Origin: Methanocaldococcus jannaschii DSM 2661
GTDB lineage: Archaea > AGJL01 > Methanococci > Methanococcales > Methanocaldococcaceae
Assembly (NCBI RefSeq): GCF_000091665.1
Contig: NC_000909.1
Coordinates: 674,048 to 706,047 of the forward strand
Reading direction: 5' to 3'
DNA length: 32,000 nucleotides
In this document: one piece after another, positions 7,373 through 16,939 of the stretch
Layout: each line of letters starts with the position of its first letter
Position numbering within the stretch: the stretch's first letter is position 1
The notes under the pieces: generated by a model
Told to the model about the DNA's origin: nothing
Seen by the model: the letters and a program-made list of their open reading frames with translations, nothing else
The model's database searches: none
Translations under genes and position numbers: made by a program

Positions 7373-8107
7373 TTATTTTTTTAGGGCTTTTTCCACTACC
7401 TCAAATGCAATATAACCAGCCTTATGTAAAATAGTGTCTCCTAACTCTTTATCCATCTCCATACTGGCTAAACATGGATAGTTGTGGTGGGCATTTGCAA
7501 TCTCTTCCTTTAAATCATCTATAGCCTTTCCTTTCAATCTTTTGGCTATATAATAGGTTTCCCCACAGGGAGCAGAGATTTTAACCTTAACATCTTTAAT
7601 AAGGCCATTTTCAACTTCTATCTCCAATTCTGGCTTTCCTATCTTAAAGTAGTCAATAAATTTATTTATATATTCATTACCCTCTTTCTTCTCCAATGAA
7701 CAGAAGGGTTTTGGGTTTTCGAACTCAATATTATAGTTGCTGCAAACTCTCTTTAAATCTCTCCTCAATGCCAAAGACAAATCATGTGGTGTTTCAGAAG
7801 GAACAATTAAAGCTTTATATCCCTTTTCTTTTAACAGTAGAGGAAGTTCATACAACAAATCTTCATGTAGTTGAGCTATACAAATATCCCCCTCTGGGAG
7901 TTCTGGAAGGTAATCGTAAGGGTTATCAACAAACTCCTCATAAACTTCCTCAATAACGATATTTTTCACATTATTCTTAAAAGTCCAGTTTCCTCTGCAA
8001 TTGTAACAATCATCACAAATTCTACAAAAATCTGGTTCATTCAAAAGGTTTTTATAGAATTTCTCCATTCTTTGATTATTTTTGTGGTAAATAAAAACTG
8101 CCCTCAT
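7373..8107 (-). CDS. DUF166-like protein with Cys-rich N-terminal segment (from memory, historically annotated as thymidylate-synthase-like in methanogens; function unproven)
   Basis: Track ORF is 7373..8155. The likely start is MRAVFIYHK (ATG 8105-8107). Contains CRICDDCYNCRG. Family assignment is from memory only. Confidence 0.5.
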   Translation of the reverse strand: MRAVFIYHKNNQRMEKFYKNLLNEPDFCRICDDCYNCRGNWTFKNNVKNIVIEEVYEEFVDNPYDYLPELPEGDICIAQLHEDLLYELPLLLKEKGYKALIVPSETPHDLSLALRRDLKRVCSNYNIEFENPKPFCSLEKKEGNEYINKFIDYFKIGKPELEIEVENGLIKDVKVKISAPCGETYYIAKRLKGKAIDDLKEEIANAHHNYPCLASMEMDKELGDTILHKAGYIAFEVVEKALKK

Positions 8108-8161
8108 AAACTCTCCCCTACAATTTTTATAAAAAGAATTGATGTTTAATACCAAAAATTT

Positions 8162-8605
8162 TTAAACTTTCTTAAATATTAACTTCACTTTTTCTTCAGT
8201 TTCTGGAACTACATCTGATAGCATCAATCTGCAGTTATTACTCACACTATAAATTTCTGAAAGCAAATACATAAATGGACATACATATGGCTTTAAGTTT
8301 TCTTCCATTAATTTTTTGAGGAAGAGGTCTAATGTGGGATTTATAACTTCAAATATTACTTTTTTATCTTCTTCAACAATATTCAAATCCTCAGATAGCC
8401 CAAAAGTATTCACAAATAAATTTTTAATCTCCTCATTACTCATGTTTTCCTTTATAAAACCCAAATCTTTAAGTAGTTTTATCATCTCATAAGATGCTCT
8501 CCTTCCTAAAACCTTTCCTCCATCCCCCATAACATCATATATTGCCTTATTTATGCTGTAATAAAGAGCAGAGACAAATAAACTATCAATTCCTTTTTTG
8601 TTCAT
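8162..8605 (-). CDS. Small soluble protein, possibly a V4R-type ligand-binding domain
   Basis: Track ORF is 8162..8641; the likely start is MNKKGIDSLF (ATG 8603-8605). The V4R assignment rests on overall sequence resemblance and is tentative. Confidence 0.4.
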   Translation of the reverse strand: MNKKGIDSLFVSALYYSINKAIYDVMGDGGKVLGRRASYEMIKLLKDLGFIKENMSNEEIKNLFVNTFGLSEDLNIVEEDKKVIFEVINPTLDLFLKKLMEENLKPYVCPFMYLLSEIYSVSNNCRLMLSDVVPETEEKVKLIFKKV

Positions 8606-8648
8606 GATATCAATCCCAAAAATACCTCTACTACATACCAATTATATT

Positions 8649-8981
8649 TTAAAACAAAATAACATTCCCTAAAGCCAATATAAACATCATTCCCATTAAA
8701 GCTAAATGAGCTGAATATATTCCAGTATTTTGAAACTGGGTCTTTAATATATTGCATATAGTTGGGCAAACTGTTAAAGGAGTTATTACTTGAAATGCTA
8801 TTGCTAAATAACCTATTATATTATTGCTTATAAATAATGACGCCAATGTTAATATAAAAGCTATCATTAAAGATGCAAAGTGTGGCATTAACCTCATTCC
8901 TGTCAATCTAAATGTGGCAAATCCTGAAAGCATTGCTCCAAATATTACAGATAGAGAAACTAAACTTATTATCTCGTTCAT
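8649..8981 (-). CDS. Small multi-pass membrane protein
   Basis: Likely start is MNEIISLVSL (ATG 8979-8981, GGTGA at 8986-8990). Three to four hydrophobic helices. Confidence 0.5.
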   Translation of the reverse strand: MNEIISLVSLSVIFGAMLSGFATFRLTGMRLMPHFASLMIAFILTLASLFISNNIIGYLAIAFQVITPLTVCPTICNILKTQFQNTGIYSAHLALMGMMFILALGNVILF

Positions 8982-8995
8982 TATCTCACCCTTTT

Positions 8996-9823
8996 TTATA
9001 ACCAAACTGGTCTAACATTTGGTTTTGATAGATAGTTTAGAAATGTTGGTGCTCCAGCAATCTCAAAACCTTCCTCTAAGTTTTTCTCATTAATTCCTCT
9101 AAACTCTGCACTCAACTCACAAACATAAATCTTAACCCCTTTACTCAAAATATCCCTAACTAAATCTCCTAATTTTGGAAATGCTGGATGCTTAACTCTA
9201 TCACATTCTCCTTTTAAAGCCAAACTTGCCCCATCCATCATTAAGAATATTGTTGGCTTTAAGTTCATTTTTAAGGCAACATCTGCCATCATGAATGTTG
9301 CATAAGCCTTTTCAGCATTTCCTGTTCCTGTTGTGTTTATAATGAAGAGTTCATCAATCTTTGTTACCGCTGCTTTTTCTTCTTTCTTCTCTCCCTTTTT
9401 AACCAATATTCTGTAAGTTCCGTCTCCTTTATCTTCAACTTTTATTATCTCATTGCCCATTCCCTTCAATCCTTCAGTTAAATCAGTTAAGGAATTTTTT
9501 CCACAGATGATTTCTAAAATCTCCCCATTCTTCATTTTTGATAACATGTCAGAGACCATCATTATAGGTCCTGGACATGTAGCTCCAACAACATTGATGG
9601 TTTTATCTGCCTTAATCTCTCCAACGTAGATTTTAACAACATTTCCATCAACTTCATACTTTAGGTTGTATTTTTTTAATAACTTCTCAATGTCTTTTAT
9701 CTGCTCCTCCCCGTCAGTTTCAACAACTAAAATCCCCTCCTCTGTGTCATTTAAAATCATATCTATTAATAATGAAGGACTTCTCAATCCTTTAACCTTA
9801 AACTTTCTTATCATTCTTATCAC
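8996..9823 (-). CDS. TusA/SirA-like sulfur-carrier domain fused to a DsrE/DsrF-like domain
   Basis: The CPGP motif in VVGATCPGPIMMVSDMLSKMKNGEILEI is the TusA signature. The C-terminal half (FIINTTGTGNAEKAYATFMMA...KIYVCELSAEFRG) resembles DsrE-family proteins. Confidence 0.7.
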   Translation of the reverse strand: MIRMIRKFKVKGLRSPSLLIDMILNDTEEGILVVETDGEEQIKDIEKLLKKYNLKYEVDGNVVKIYVGEIKADKTINVVGATCPGPIMMVSDMLSKMKNGEILEIICGKNSLTDLTEGLKGMGNEIIKVEDKGDGTYRILVKKGEKKEEKAAVTKIDELFIINTTGTGNAEKAYATFMMADVALKMNLKPTIFLMMDGASLALKGECDRVKHPAFPKLGDLVRDILSKGVKIYVCELSAEFRGINEKNLEEGFEIAGAPTFLNYLSKPNVRPVWL

Positions 9824-10020
9824 CTATGTCAATATTATGCACAAGGATTGTATAAAAAAATTATAAATTAATAATTCACGGTTGTGTTATATCTATGAAC
9901 AAGTATTAACACTCATAATATATAAACCTTTCGATTAAAAGTTTTTAAAATTATTGAGGTTTTACTAAAAACAATAAAAACAAAAGTTATCATACTTTCA
10001 AAATTTAAATATATAATTAT

Positions 10021-10776
10021 TTATAATCTATAAAACCCCTTCGCATTCTTATAAACTGAGGCAATTATCTTTTCCTCATCAACACCAATATTTTTCATAT
10101 ACAACTTAGTTCTTGGTAGTGCATAAATATCCGCCTTCAAACTACCCAAATCACTACTTAAAATGAATTTTTTGTTGTAATTTTTAATTATCTCTGCGGC
10201 TTCTTCGTGGGTTAGCTTCATTGACGGTTGGACAGTTAAACCAACATAAACATCCCTATCGATTAAATCAACTGTCTCCTTATTTATATGGTCAATCATA
10301 ACTAAGCTATCTTTTATTTTAACTTCATCTAAAATCTTTAAAATTTCAATTAATGCCTCTTTTTTGTTCTTTTCTGGTGTATGGATAATTATTGGCATAT
10401 TATAATCTTTAGCTAAATATAACTGCTCTCTCAAAAGGTTCTTCTCATCCTCTGTTAGATAATGCAAACCAGTTTCTCCAATAGCAACAACGTTCTCATT
10501 ATCTAAAAACTCTGGAAGTTTTTTTATTAAAACCTCCCAATTCTTTGGATACCCCATAGGATGAACTCCAACTGCTACTTTAACTTCAACACCAGCCATC
10601 TCTCCCCTCTTAACCTCTAAATTAATCAACCTATCCCAGTGGTCTAAATAAACCTCTGGAGTACTCATTTTATATGGGTCGTGAGCACAGGTTATAATTG
10701 TCTCAATTCCACTCAATGCCATTTTTTCCAAATCTTCAAAGCTCCTAACATCTAAGTGAGTGTGGGCATCTATCAT
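10021..10776 (-). CDS. TatD-family metal-dependent hydrolase
   Basis: MIDAHTHLD N-terminal HxH motif, internal GETGLHY and HTPE, and a C-terminal SSD motif, consistent with a TIM-barrel amidohydrolase-type fold. Confidence 0.8.
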   Translation of the reverse strand: MIDAHTHLDVRSFEDLEKMALSGIETIITCAHDPYKMSTPEVYLDHWDRLINLEVKRGEMAGVEVKVAVGVHPMGYPKNWEVLIKKLPEFLDNENVVAIGETGLHYLTEDEKNLLREQLYLAKDYNMPIIIHTPEKNKKEALIEILKILDEVKIKDSLVMIDHINKETVDLIDRDVYVGLTVQPSMKLTHEEAAEIIKNYNKKFILSSDLGSLKADIYALPRTKLYMKNIGVDEEKIIASVYKNAKGFYRL

Positions 10777-10785
10777 CCTATCACC

Positions 10786-11814
10786 TTAATTTATTTTGTC
10801 TTTGAATAACTCTCCACTATAAACTTTGTTTATCGTTTTTATTAAAGTTACTATCCAAAAGAAGAACAACAACCAATATAACCCAAAGCCTATGTAATCA
10901 ACTATCTCAAACCCAAAGATTTTATAAACCAAGTGTGTTGAAGCAATATAAACCCCTAATGGGAAGATGAATGCCCACCATGACATTGCGTAGGGTAGTT
11001 TTAGCTTTTTAACGTAATAGAGAGTCATGATTATAGCCATCAAACTCCACCATAATCCAAAGCCCCAGAATATGAAGGAGAAGATATAGAATGGTTCTTT
11101 TATAGTTATGAATGGGGAATTATTCACCATGTTTATTAAGGCAACAATTCCAGCCCCTATTGGCCCCAAGTTAATCCATACGGTTGGAGCCATTGCTGAA
11201 GGTAGAGGATGATGCAGTATAAACCTATAAATCACAACTGCTAATAAAGCTAAATATAAGAAGAACCCGGCACCCCAACCAAAGTAATTAATAAGAACCG
11301 TTAATTCATGCCAAACTCCAGTTAAATGAGGCATTATCAAACTCCCGGCAATTGGAATAACTATCAAACCAACCGGTGGAATATACCAACCCGGATTAAC
11401 ATGGTCTAACTTTATACTCTCAGACTTAAACATATAAAACGGAACTATCAAACTGAATAAAAACATGCCAATAGCACCAAAAACCCAGAAGATTTTCCCT
11501 AAAAAGAGGTTATTTTTTATTAATATGAAATCAATACCCAAAACAAGCATAGCCACAGCCACAGTAGGACTAAATGAACTTAAAACTGGATGCTTCAACT
11601 CTGCAATCATATTTTTTGGATACTTTACCCATCTCAAAATCCACAACATTAAAAATACAAAAAACAGCAGTATATTAAAATAAAACAATAAAAATGATAT
11701 ATCTTTTAATATTGGTAAGTATTCAGAATAAAACAGACTCGTTACTGCCAAAACACCAGTTCCCATTACAGCGGCAAACCATGACGACTCAAAATTTTTT
11801 ATATAGCTTTGCAT
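10786..11814 (-). CDS. TehA/Mae1 (TDT) family anion/C4-dicarboxylate transporter-like membrane protein
   Basis: The 342-aa ORF has about 10 hydrophobic helices. Family call comes from overall resemblance and memory of this locus. Confidence 0.6.
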   Translation of the reverse strand: MQSYIKNFESSWFAAVMGTGVLAVTSLFYSEYLPILKDISFLLFYFNILLFFVFLMLWILRWVKYPKNMIAELKHPVLSSFSPTVAVAMLVLGIDFILIKNNLFLGKIFWVFGAIGMFLFSLIVPFYMFKSESIKLDHVNPGWYIPPVGLIVIPIAGSLIMPHLTGVWHELTVLINYFGWGAGFFLYLALLAVVIYRFILHHPLPSAMAPTVWINLGPIGAGIVALINMVNNSPFITIKEPFYIFSFIFWGFGLWWSLMAIIMTLYYVKKLKLPYAMSWWAFIFPLGVYIASTHLVYKIFGFEIVDYIGFGLYWLLFFFWIVTLIKTINKVYSGELFKDKIN

Positions 11815-11837
11815 ATTTTCACCAATTAAAAATAATT

Positions 11838-12203
11838 TTAAAAATAGGGCTTTTTAGTTAGGAAATACAGAAACCTTTCATCATCAGATAACGCATGGAT
11901 AACTGCCTGCCTAACTCCAAAATTAACTCCTAACTTTTTAGCTAAAAATTTCTCCAACTCAATGGTTTCTTTTAGAATCTCTATAACATCTGCGTTTGTA
12001 TCAACCTCTGCCTTTATGTTTGGCTTTTCATTGAAATAGATGAGATACTTCTCATACAAAATCTCCAAGTTCTTCATCTCAACATCAAATAAATCCTTAA
12101 AAATTCTACCCTCATATTCTTCAACGGATTTAAATTTTGCAATCATTGATATTTTTATCTTATTTTCTAATATTTTAGCCAAATATTCTTTTATTTCATC
12201 CAT
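11838..12203 (-). CDS. Hypothetical helical protein
   Basis: The 121-aa ORF has typical codon composition and sits in a co-directional string. No recognisable motif. Confidence 0.5.
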   Translation of the reverse strand: MDEIKEYLAKILENKIKISMIAKFKSVEEYEGRIFKDLFDVEMKNLEILYEKYLIYFNEKPNIKAEVDTNADVIEILKETIELEKFLAKKLGVNFGVRQAVIHALSDDERFLYFLTKKPYF

Positions 12204-12212
12204 AATTTCACC

Positions 12213-12563
12213 CTATTCACATTTAATTGGGTCTTCTGGTGCATTCAATTTCTTTGGATGTGGTGCTTTTACAACAAAAAATTCCAAAATATCAGAATTT
12301 ATGTTTTGGATAAGCATTTTTACATTAAACGGAACATACACAATATTTCCTTCTTTGTAATTATGTGGTTCTTGATCTTCTAATGTTAGTGTCATCTCTC
12401 CTTTAATTATTATTAAATGAACGTAAGAGTTTGAATAATGCTTTGGCATCTGCTCTCCTCTTGGTAAGACAATATGGTTGATCTGGACATGTTCAGTATT
12501 GACAAGTTTTTCAACAACCTTTGTTTTAGCGTCTCTTTTAAACTCATAGACCTTTTCTATCAT
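12213..12563 (-). CDS. Cupin-domain protein
   Basis: LPRGEQMPKHYSNSYVHLIIIKGEMTL...GNIVYVPFNVKMLIQN matches the two-motif cupin pattern. Confidence 0.7.
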   Translation of the reverse strand: MIEKVYEFKRDAKTKVVEKLVNTEHVQINHIVLPRGEQMPKHYSNSYVHLIIIKGEMTLTLEDQEPHNYKEGNIVYVPFNVKMLIQNINSDILEFFVVKAPHPKKLNAPEDPIKCE

Positions 12564-12760
12564 TTAATCACCCATATAAAACACATATTTAAAGAATATT
12601 TTTTATAAATGCAACTGAATTTTAACCTAATTTGCTAATTCAATTAATCAATTTTGCTGATTTACAATCTTATAATTAATTATAATATATAAAATAAAAA
12701 AAATGAAAAAATAAAAGATAAAATTAAAAATTAAAGGTTATTTTGGATTTTATATTATAT

Positions 12761-14407
12761 TTACCCAACTAATCTTTTAATATCTTCATCAACTGTTGAG
12801 ATCGTTGAGATTCCAAACTTCTCAACTAAAACTTTTGTCACATTTGGTGATAAGAACGCTGGTAGTGTAGGGCCTAATACTATATTCTTAACTCCCAAGT
12901 AAAGCAAAGCTAATAATACAGTAACTGCCTTTTGCTCATACCATGAGATGTTATAAGCGATTGGAAGTTCATTTACATCGTTTAAGCCAAATGCATCTTT
13001 TAAAGCCAGTGCAATTTTAACTAACGAATAGCTATCATTACACTGTCCAGCATCTAAAACTCTTGGAATTCCATCAATGTCTCCCAAATCTAATTTAATA
13101 AATCTATATTTTGCACATCCACATGTTAATATAACAGTATCTTTAGGCAGTTTTTTAGCAAATTCAGTATAATACTCTCTTGTTTTATGCCTTCCATCAC
13201 ATCCGGCCATTACAACGAATTTCCTTATTTTTCCACTTTTAACTGCTTCAATTACTTTATCTGCCAGTGCTAAAACTTGGTTATGAGCGAATCCTCCAAC
13301 AATCTTACCATTTTCGAGTGGTGTTGGTGGTTTGCATTTTTTAGCGTGCTCTATAACCTCTGAAAAGTCCTTAGTTCCATCCTCTTTTACTGGGATTCTC
13401 TTTAAGCCAGGATAGCCAACTTCGTTGGTTACATAAACCCTATCTTTATATGAGTCCTTTGGTGGAACTAAACAGTTTGTCGTCATCACTATTGGACCGT
13501 TGAATTTCTCAAATTCCTCTCTTTGGAACGGCCATGAACCTCCATAATTTCCAACGAAGTGCTCATATTTCTTAAAGAATGGGTAGTAGTGGGCTGGCAA
13601 CATCTCACAGTGGGTGTAGATATCAACTCCTGCATCCTTACTTTGCTCTAATAATTGCTCTAAATCTTTTAAGTCGTGACCACTAATCAATATTCCTGGT
13701 CTGTCTCTAACTCCCAAATTAACCTCTGTTATTTCTGGATGCCCATAGGTTTCAGTGTTCGCTTTATCTAATAATGCTAACGTTTCTACTGCATACTTTC
13801 CTGTCTCCATTGCTAAATTAAATAACTCATCAGCATCTTTGCTATCAACGATTTTAGTGAATGCTTTAATTATAAACTTATGAATGTCCTCATTGTTGTA
13901 GCCGAGATGCATGGCATGGCTTAGATAAGCTCCTATTCCTTTAATTCCATAAGTTATAAGCTCTTTTAATGATCTTATGTCTTCATTATCCTCTGCTAAG
14001 ACGCTAACTTCTTTTGTATTGGCTAAATTTATTAGATCTTCATCAGTTTCGTAAGCCCAAGTAGCACAGTATGGAAGTTCTTCTTTATTTAAATTATTTT
14101 TTTCTATAATTTTTTCTCTTAAAGCGACTCCTTTCTTTATCCAATTTATTACATCTTTATCATCAAAATTGACGTTAGTTATTGTTACAAATAATGCTTT
14201 TGGAATGTAATCCATAACTTCATCATCCAAGTAATTGCCTTTATCACAGACATAGCATAAACCTTTTATAGTATAAATCAATAAATCTTGGAGGTTTGCC
14301 ACAACATCATCTTTTCCACAGACTCCTTTTATTGTACATCCTTCATTTTTTGCTGCCTCTTGACATTGGAAGCAGAACATTTTTGTAGGTCTTGGTTCAA
14401 ATTTCAT
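12761..14407 (-). CDS. hcp: Hybrid-cluster (prismane) protein / hydroxylamine reductase
   Basis: N-terminal CxxCx8Cx5C ([21 protein letters not shown]). The 548-aa length and conserved blocks ([36 protein letters not shown]) are typical of Hcp. GGTGA box at 14412-14416. Confidence 0.9.
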   Translation of the reverse strand: MKFEPRPTKMFCFQCQEAAKNEGCTIKGVCGKDDVVANLQDLLIYTIKGLCYVCDKGNYLDDEVMDYIPKALFVTITNVNFDDKDVINWIKKGVALREKIIEKNNLNKEELPYCATWAYETDEDLINLANTKEVSVLAEDNEDIRSLKELITYGIKGIGAYLSHAMHLGYNNEDIHKFIIKAFTKIVDSKDADELFNLAMETGKYAVETLALLDKANTETYGHPEITEVNLGVRDRPGILISGHDLKDLEQLLEQSKDAGVDIYTHCEMLPAHYYPFFKKYEHFVGNYGGSWPFQREEFEKFNGPIVMTTNCLVPPKDSYKDRVYVTNEVGYPGLKRIPVKEDGTKDFSEVIEHAKKCKPPTPLENGKIVGGFAHNQVLALADKVIEAVKSGKIRKFVVMAGCDGRHKTREYYTEFAKKLPKDTVILTCGCAKYRFIKLDLGDIDGIPRVLDAGQCNDSYSLVKIALALKDAFGLNDVNELPIAYNISWYEQKAVTVLLALLYLGVKNIVLGPTLPAFLSPNVTKVLVEKFGISTISTVDEDIKRLVG

Positions 14408-14677
14408 TATTTCACCCTAAGACTTTTAATATCTGCAAACATTTACAATGTATTTGACAGATGCTTTACATTAAAATCTTTTCTTTTTCATTGTATAAAT
14501 ATATTTTTGACCTTCTTCTTTTGGAGATAGGGGTAATTAATATCACTCACTTTGAAGATAGTTGATATAATTATTATGATAAATCCTGATTTTGTATTAC
14601 CTACAATATTATTATCTTTTATAGGTTTATATTCAGATGTATAAGTATATAGTGCAAAAATAAAAATAAAAATTAAT

Positions 14678-14999
14678 TTAGAAGTGAGAACTCATAACAA
14701 CCTTTGCTCCCATCTTTTCAATCTCTTCCTTCATCTTTTCAGCATATCTACATTTTGGTTTAAATGCAGTCATGCATGTTGCAAAATGAACAACCTCTGC
14801 CCCATTCTTCCCTATTAACTGCTTTATCTGATTCAATCCTAACCTTCCTGGGCAACCCCCACATGTTATTACTGACAATAACTCAACATTCTCATAGTCT
14901 TTGAATGTATCTTTTTTTGTTTAATGCTACTGCTATGCATCCAACGCCTGGACACGTTTTTGCCGCACTATCACATCTTAAAATAACTACCTTTGTCAC
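14678..14999 (-). pseudogene. CGGC-domain protein interrupted by a +1 frameshift in a homopolymer
   Basis: GTG at 14997-14999 (GGTGA at 15004-15008) gives VTKVVILRCDSAAKTCPGVGCIAVALNKK, then a stop at 14892. The downstream frame reads KKDTFKDYENVELLSVITCGGCPGRLGL...; the track ORF 14678..14878 is its TTG-started tail. Removing one T from the T7 run at 14911-14917 restores one ORF of about 106 aa. Confidence 0.6.
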
Positions 15000-15048
15000 A
15001 ATATCACCAACAAATTTTTAATTATAATTTATAATTTATGATAAAAAA

Positions 15049-15456
15049 CTAAAAAATAATAACCTTGTCATAAATCTTTCCATTGATTTTCTCAATTTCT
15101 TCATAAAACTTTGAAATATCTTTAGAGTTTCCTTCAACAACAAAAATCTCTACTTTAGCATTTTTCCCGCAAGATGTTGTTACATAAGCCTGATTCAAAG
15201 ATTTTATAACTTTATTATGTTCAAAATACAACTTACTCATCTTTTCCAATGCTTCCTTTGTAGGATTATAAACAACTATTATAATCCCACTAACAGTTTC
15301 ATTCTTATTTAATGGATTGTTTTCCAACACATACTTTCTTACAGCATCCCTAATTAACTCACTTCTACTCGAATAACCTTTCTTTTTAACAACTTCATCA
15401 ATCTCTTTTAAAAGGAATTTTGGAAATGATATACTGATTCTCTCAACATTAACCAT
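15049..15456 (-). CDS. NikR-like ribbon-helix-helix transcriptional regulator
   Basis: N-terminal RHH (ISISFPKFLLKEIDEVVKKKGYSSRSELIRDAVRKYV) plus an ACT-like C-terminal domain. The canonical NikR His/Cys nickel ligands are not obvious, so the effector is uncertain. Confidence 0.7.
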   Translation of the reverse strand: MVNVERISISFPKFLLKEIDEVVKKKGYSSRSELIRDAVRKYVLENNPLNKNETVSGIIIVVYNPTKEALEKMSKLYFEHNKVIKSLNQAYVTTSCGKNAKVEIFVVEGNSKDISKFYEEIEKINGKIYDKVIIF

Positions 15457-15540
15457 ACTATCACATAAAAAACTATTTTTATTCTAACTTAAAACATTTA
15501 TTGTAATTATATATAATTTCTTAAAAAGGGATGTGATAGA

Positions 15541-16290
15541 ATGATTAAAGAAAAAAGAAAGGTAGAGGTTATTGGCTTAGAACTCCCAATTTTTAAAGGT
15601 GGAGAACAAATAAATTTATCTGAGTTGATAGCTCAATACCCAATTGAAGATGGAGATATTATTGTAATAGCAGAAACATTAATCTCAAAATTAGAGGGTG
15701 GAGTTATAGATAGGGATAAAATAATCCCTTCAAAAGAAGCAATTGAATTAGCCAAAAAAACTGGAAAAGACCCGAAGGTTGTGCAAGTTATATTAGATGA
15801 GGCTAAAGAAATAGTTAAGGTTGGAAAGAACTTCATTATAACAGAAACCAAACATGGATTTGTTTGTGCTAACAGTGGAGTTGATGAAAGTAACATATAC
15901 AAAGGCATAAAAATTCTACCAAAAAATCCAGATGAAAGTGCTGAAAAGATTAGGAAAGAGATTGAAAAATTAACTGGAAAGAGAGTTGGAGTAATAATAT
16001 CAGATAGTGTTGGAAGACCTTTCAGGAAGGGAGCTGTTGGAATAGCAATAGGAGTTAGTGGAATCTTAGCATTATGGGATAGGAAGGGGGAAAAGGATTT
16101 GTTTGGTAGGGAGTTAAAAACAACTGAAGTTGCCATTGCTGATGAGTTGGCAAGTATGGCAAATGTGGTTATGGGAGAGGCTGATGAGGGCATTCCAGTT
16201 GTAATAATTAGGGGGGCTAATGTGCCTTTTGGTAATGGGAAGGGAAGAGATTTAATTAGACCTAAGGAGGAAGATGTTTTTAGAAATTAA
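15541..16290 (+). CDS. cofE: Coenzyme F420:L-glutamate ligase
   Basis: 249-aa ORF with CofE-like blocks: AETLISKLEG, THGFVCANSGVDESN, VIISDSVGRPFRKGAVGIAIGVSG, MGEADEG. Confidence 0.85.
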   Translation: MIKEKRKVEVIGLELPIFKGGEQINLSELIAQYPIEDGDIIVIAETLISKLEGGVIDRDKIIPSKEAIELAKKTGKDPKVVQVILDEAKEIVKVGKNFIITETKHGFVCANSGVDESNIYKGIKILPKNPDESAEKIRKEIEKLTGKRVGVIISDSVGRPFRKGAVGIAIGVSGILALWDRKGEKDLFGRELKTTEVAIADELASMANVVMGEADEGIPVVIIRGANVPFGNGKGRDLIRPKEEDVFRN

Positions 16291-16316
16291 TTTATATATT
16301 TTTATTTTTTAAGTTT

Positions 16317-16348
16317 AATGTTGGACTTTTGTGCAAAAGTCTAACATT
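16317..16348. other. 14-bp-stem hairpin between convergent genes (after oligo-T runs following cofE)
   Basis: AATGTTGGACTTTT-GTGC-AAAAGTCTAACATT has one G-T wobble position. Oligo-T tracts at 16300-16310 are the likely archaeal termination signal for cofE; the role of the hairpin itself is unknown. Confidence 0.5.
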
Positions 16349-16429
16349 GGTTAAAAATTTTCGGACAAAAATACATAAAATCGATTATCTTAAAGATATG
16401 AATATAAATATATTAAAAATATAGTATTA

Positions 16430-16939
16430 TTAGAATTCTTTAACATGTTTTATAATATCTTCCAAAATCTTCTTCGCCTTCTCCAAATCATAATCAACAG
16501 TTGCCTCCAACTCCAAAAATAGAACTTGCAGACTTGGAGAATACTTACCCTTATTAATCAAATACTCCCTATACTCCCAAACTAATTTTTTAAATCTCTC
16601 AAGTTTTAACTCTTTAATACAATCCTTAGCATAATCCCAAACGGTAGATTTTCCTATGCCTAAAATATTACCAATTTCTCTAACAGAATAGCCCTCAATA
16701 ATTAATTCATGAATCTTTTTAACAGTTTCATCATCAACTTTTCTCTTCCTCCCTCTCTTTGCATTCTCAACCTCTATAAAAATGCCTTTTTTCTTTAAAT
16801 ATTCCAGTTTATAAGCCATTTTTGGATGTTCATAAACAGACTTTGGAAGTTTTAGCAAAACCAAATCTTTTTCTCTCAGTTTTACAATCTTATTAATCTC
16901 ATCCCATCTTGGAATCTTAGATATTTTTATCTCAATCAT
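16430..16939 (-). CDS. HTH DNA-binding protein (resolvase/Hin-type HTH in the middle)
   Basis: KRGRKRKVDDETVKKIHELIIEGYSVREIGNILGIGKSTVWDYAKD. Its start overlaps the stop of the upstream recombinase gene by 8 nt. Confidence 0.55.
   Translation of the reverse strand: MIEIKISKIPRWDEINKIVKLREKDLVLLKLPKSVYEHPKMAYKLEYLKKKGIFIEVENAKRGRKRKVDDETVKKIHELIIEGYSVREIGNILGIGKSTVWDYAKDCIKELKLERFKKLVWEYREYLINKGKYSPSLQVLFLELEATVDYDLEKAKKILEDIIKHVKEF

Noticed and set aside
15633-16193. 186-aa minus-strand ORF antisense to cofE
   Set aside because: It lies entirely inside the well-supported cofE frame. Its product is low-complexity (S/P/I/T/F-rich), as expected for the mirror frame of a Lys/Glu/Gly-rich gene, and it has no GGTG box. 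The many other short track ORFs nested antisense in confident genes (e.g. 525..964, 2862..3149, 7696..8149, 23545..24402, 28212..29642) were rejected for the same reason.
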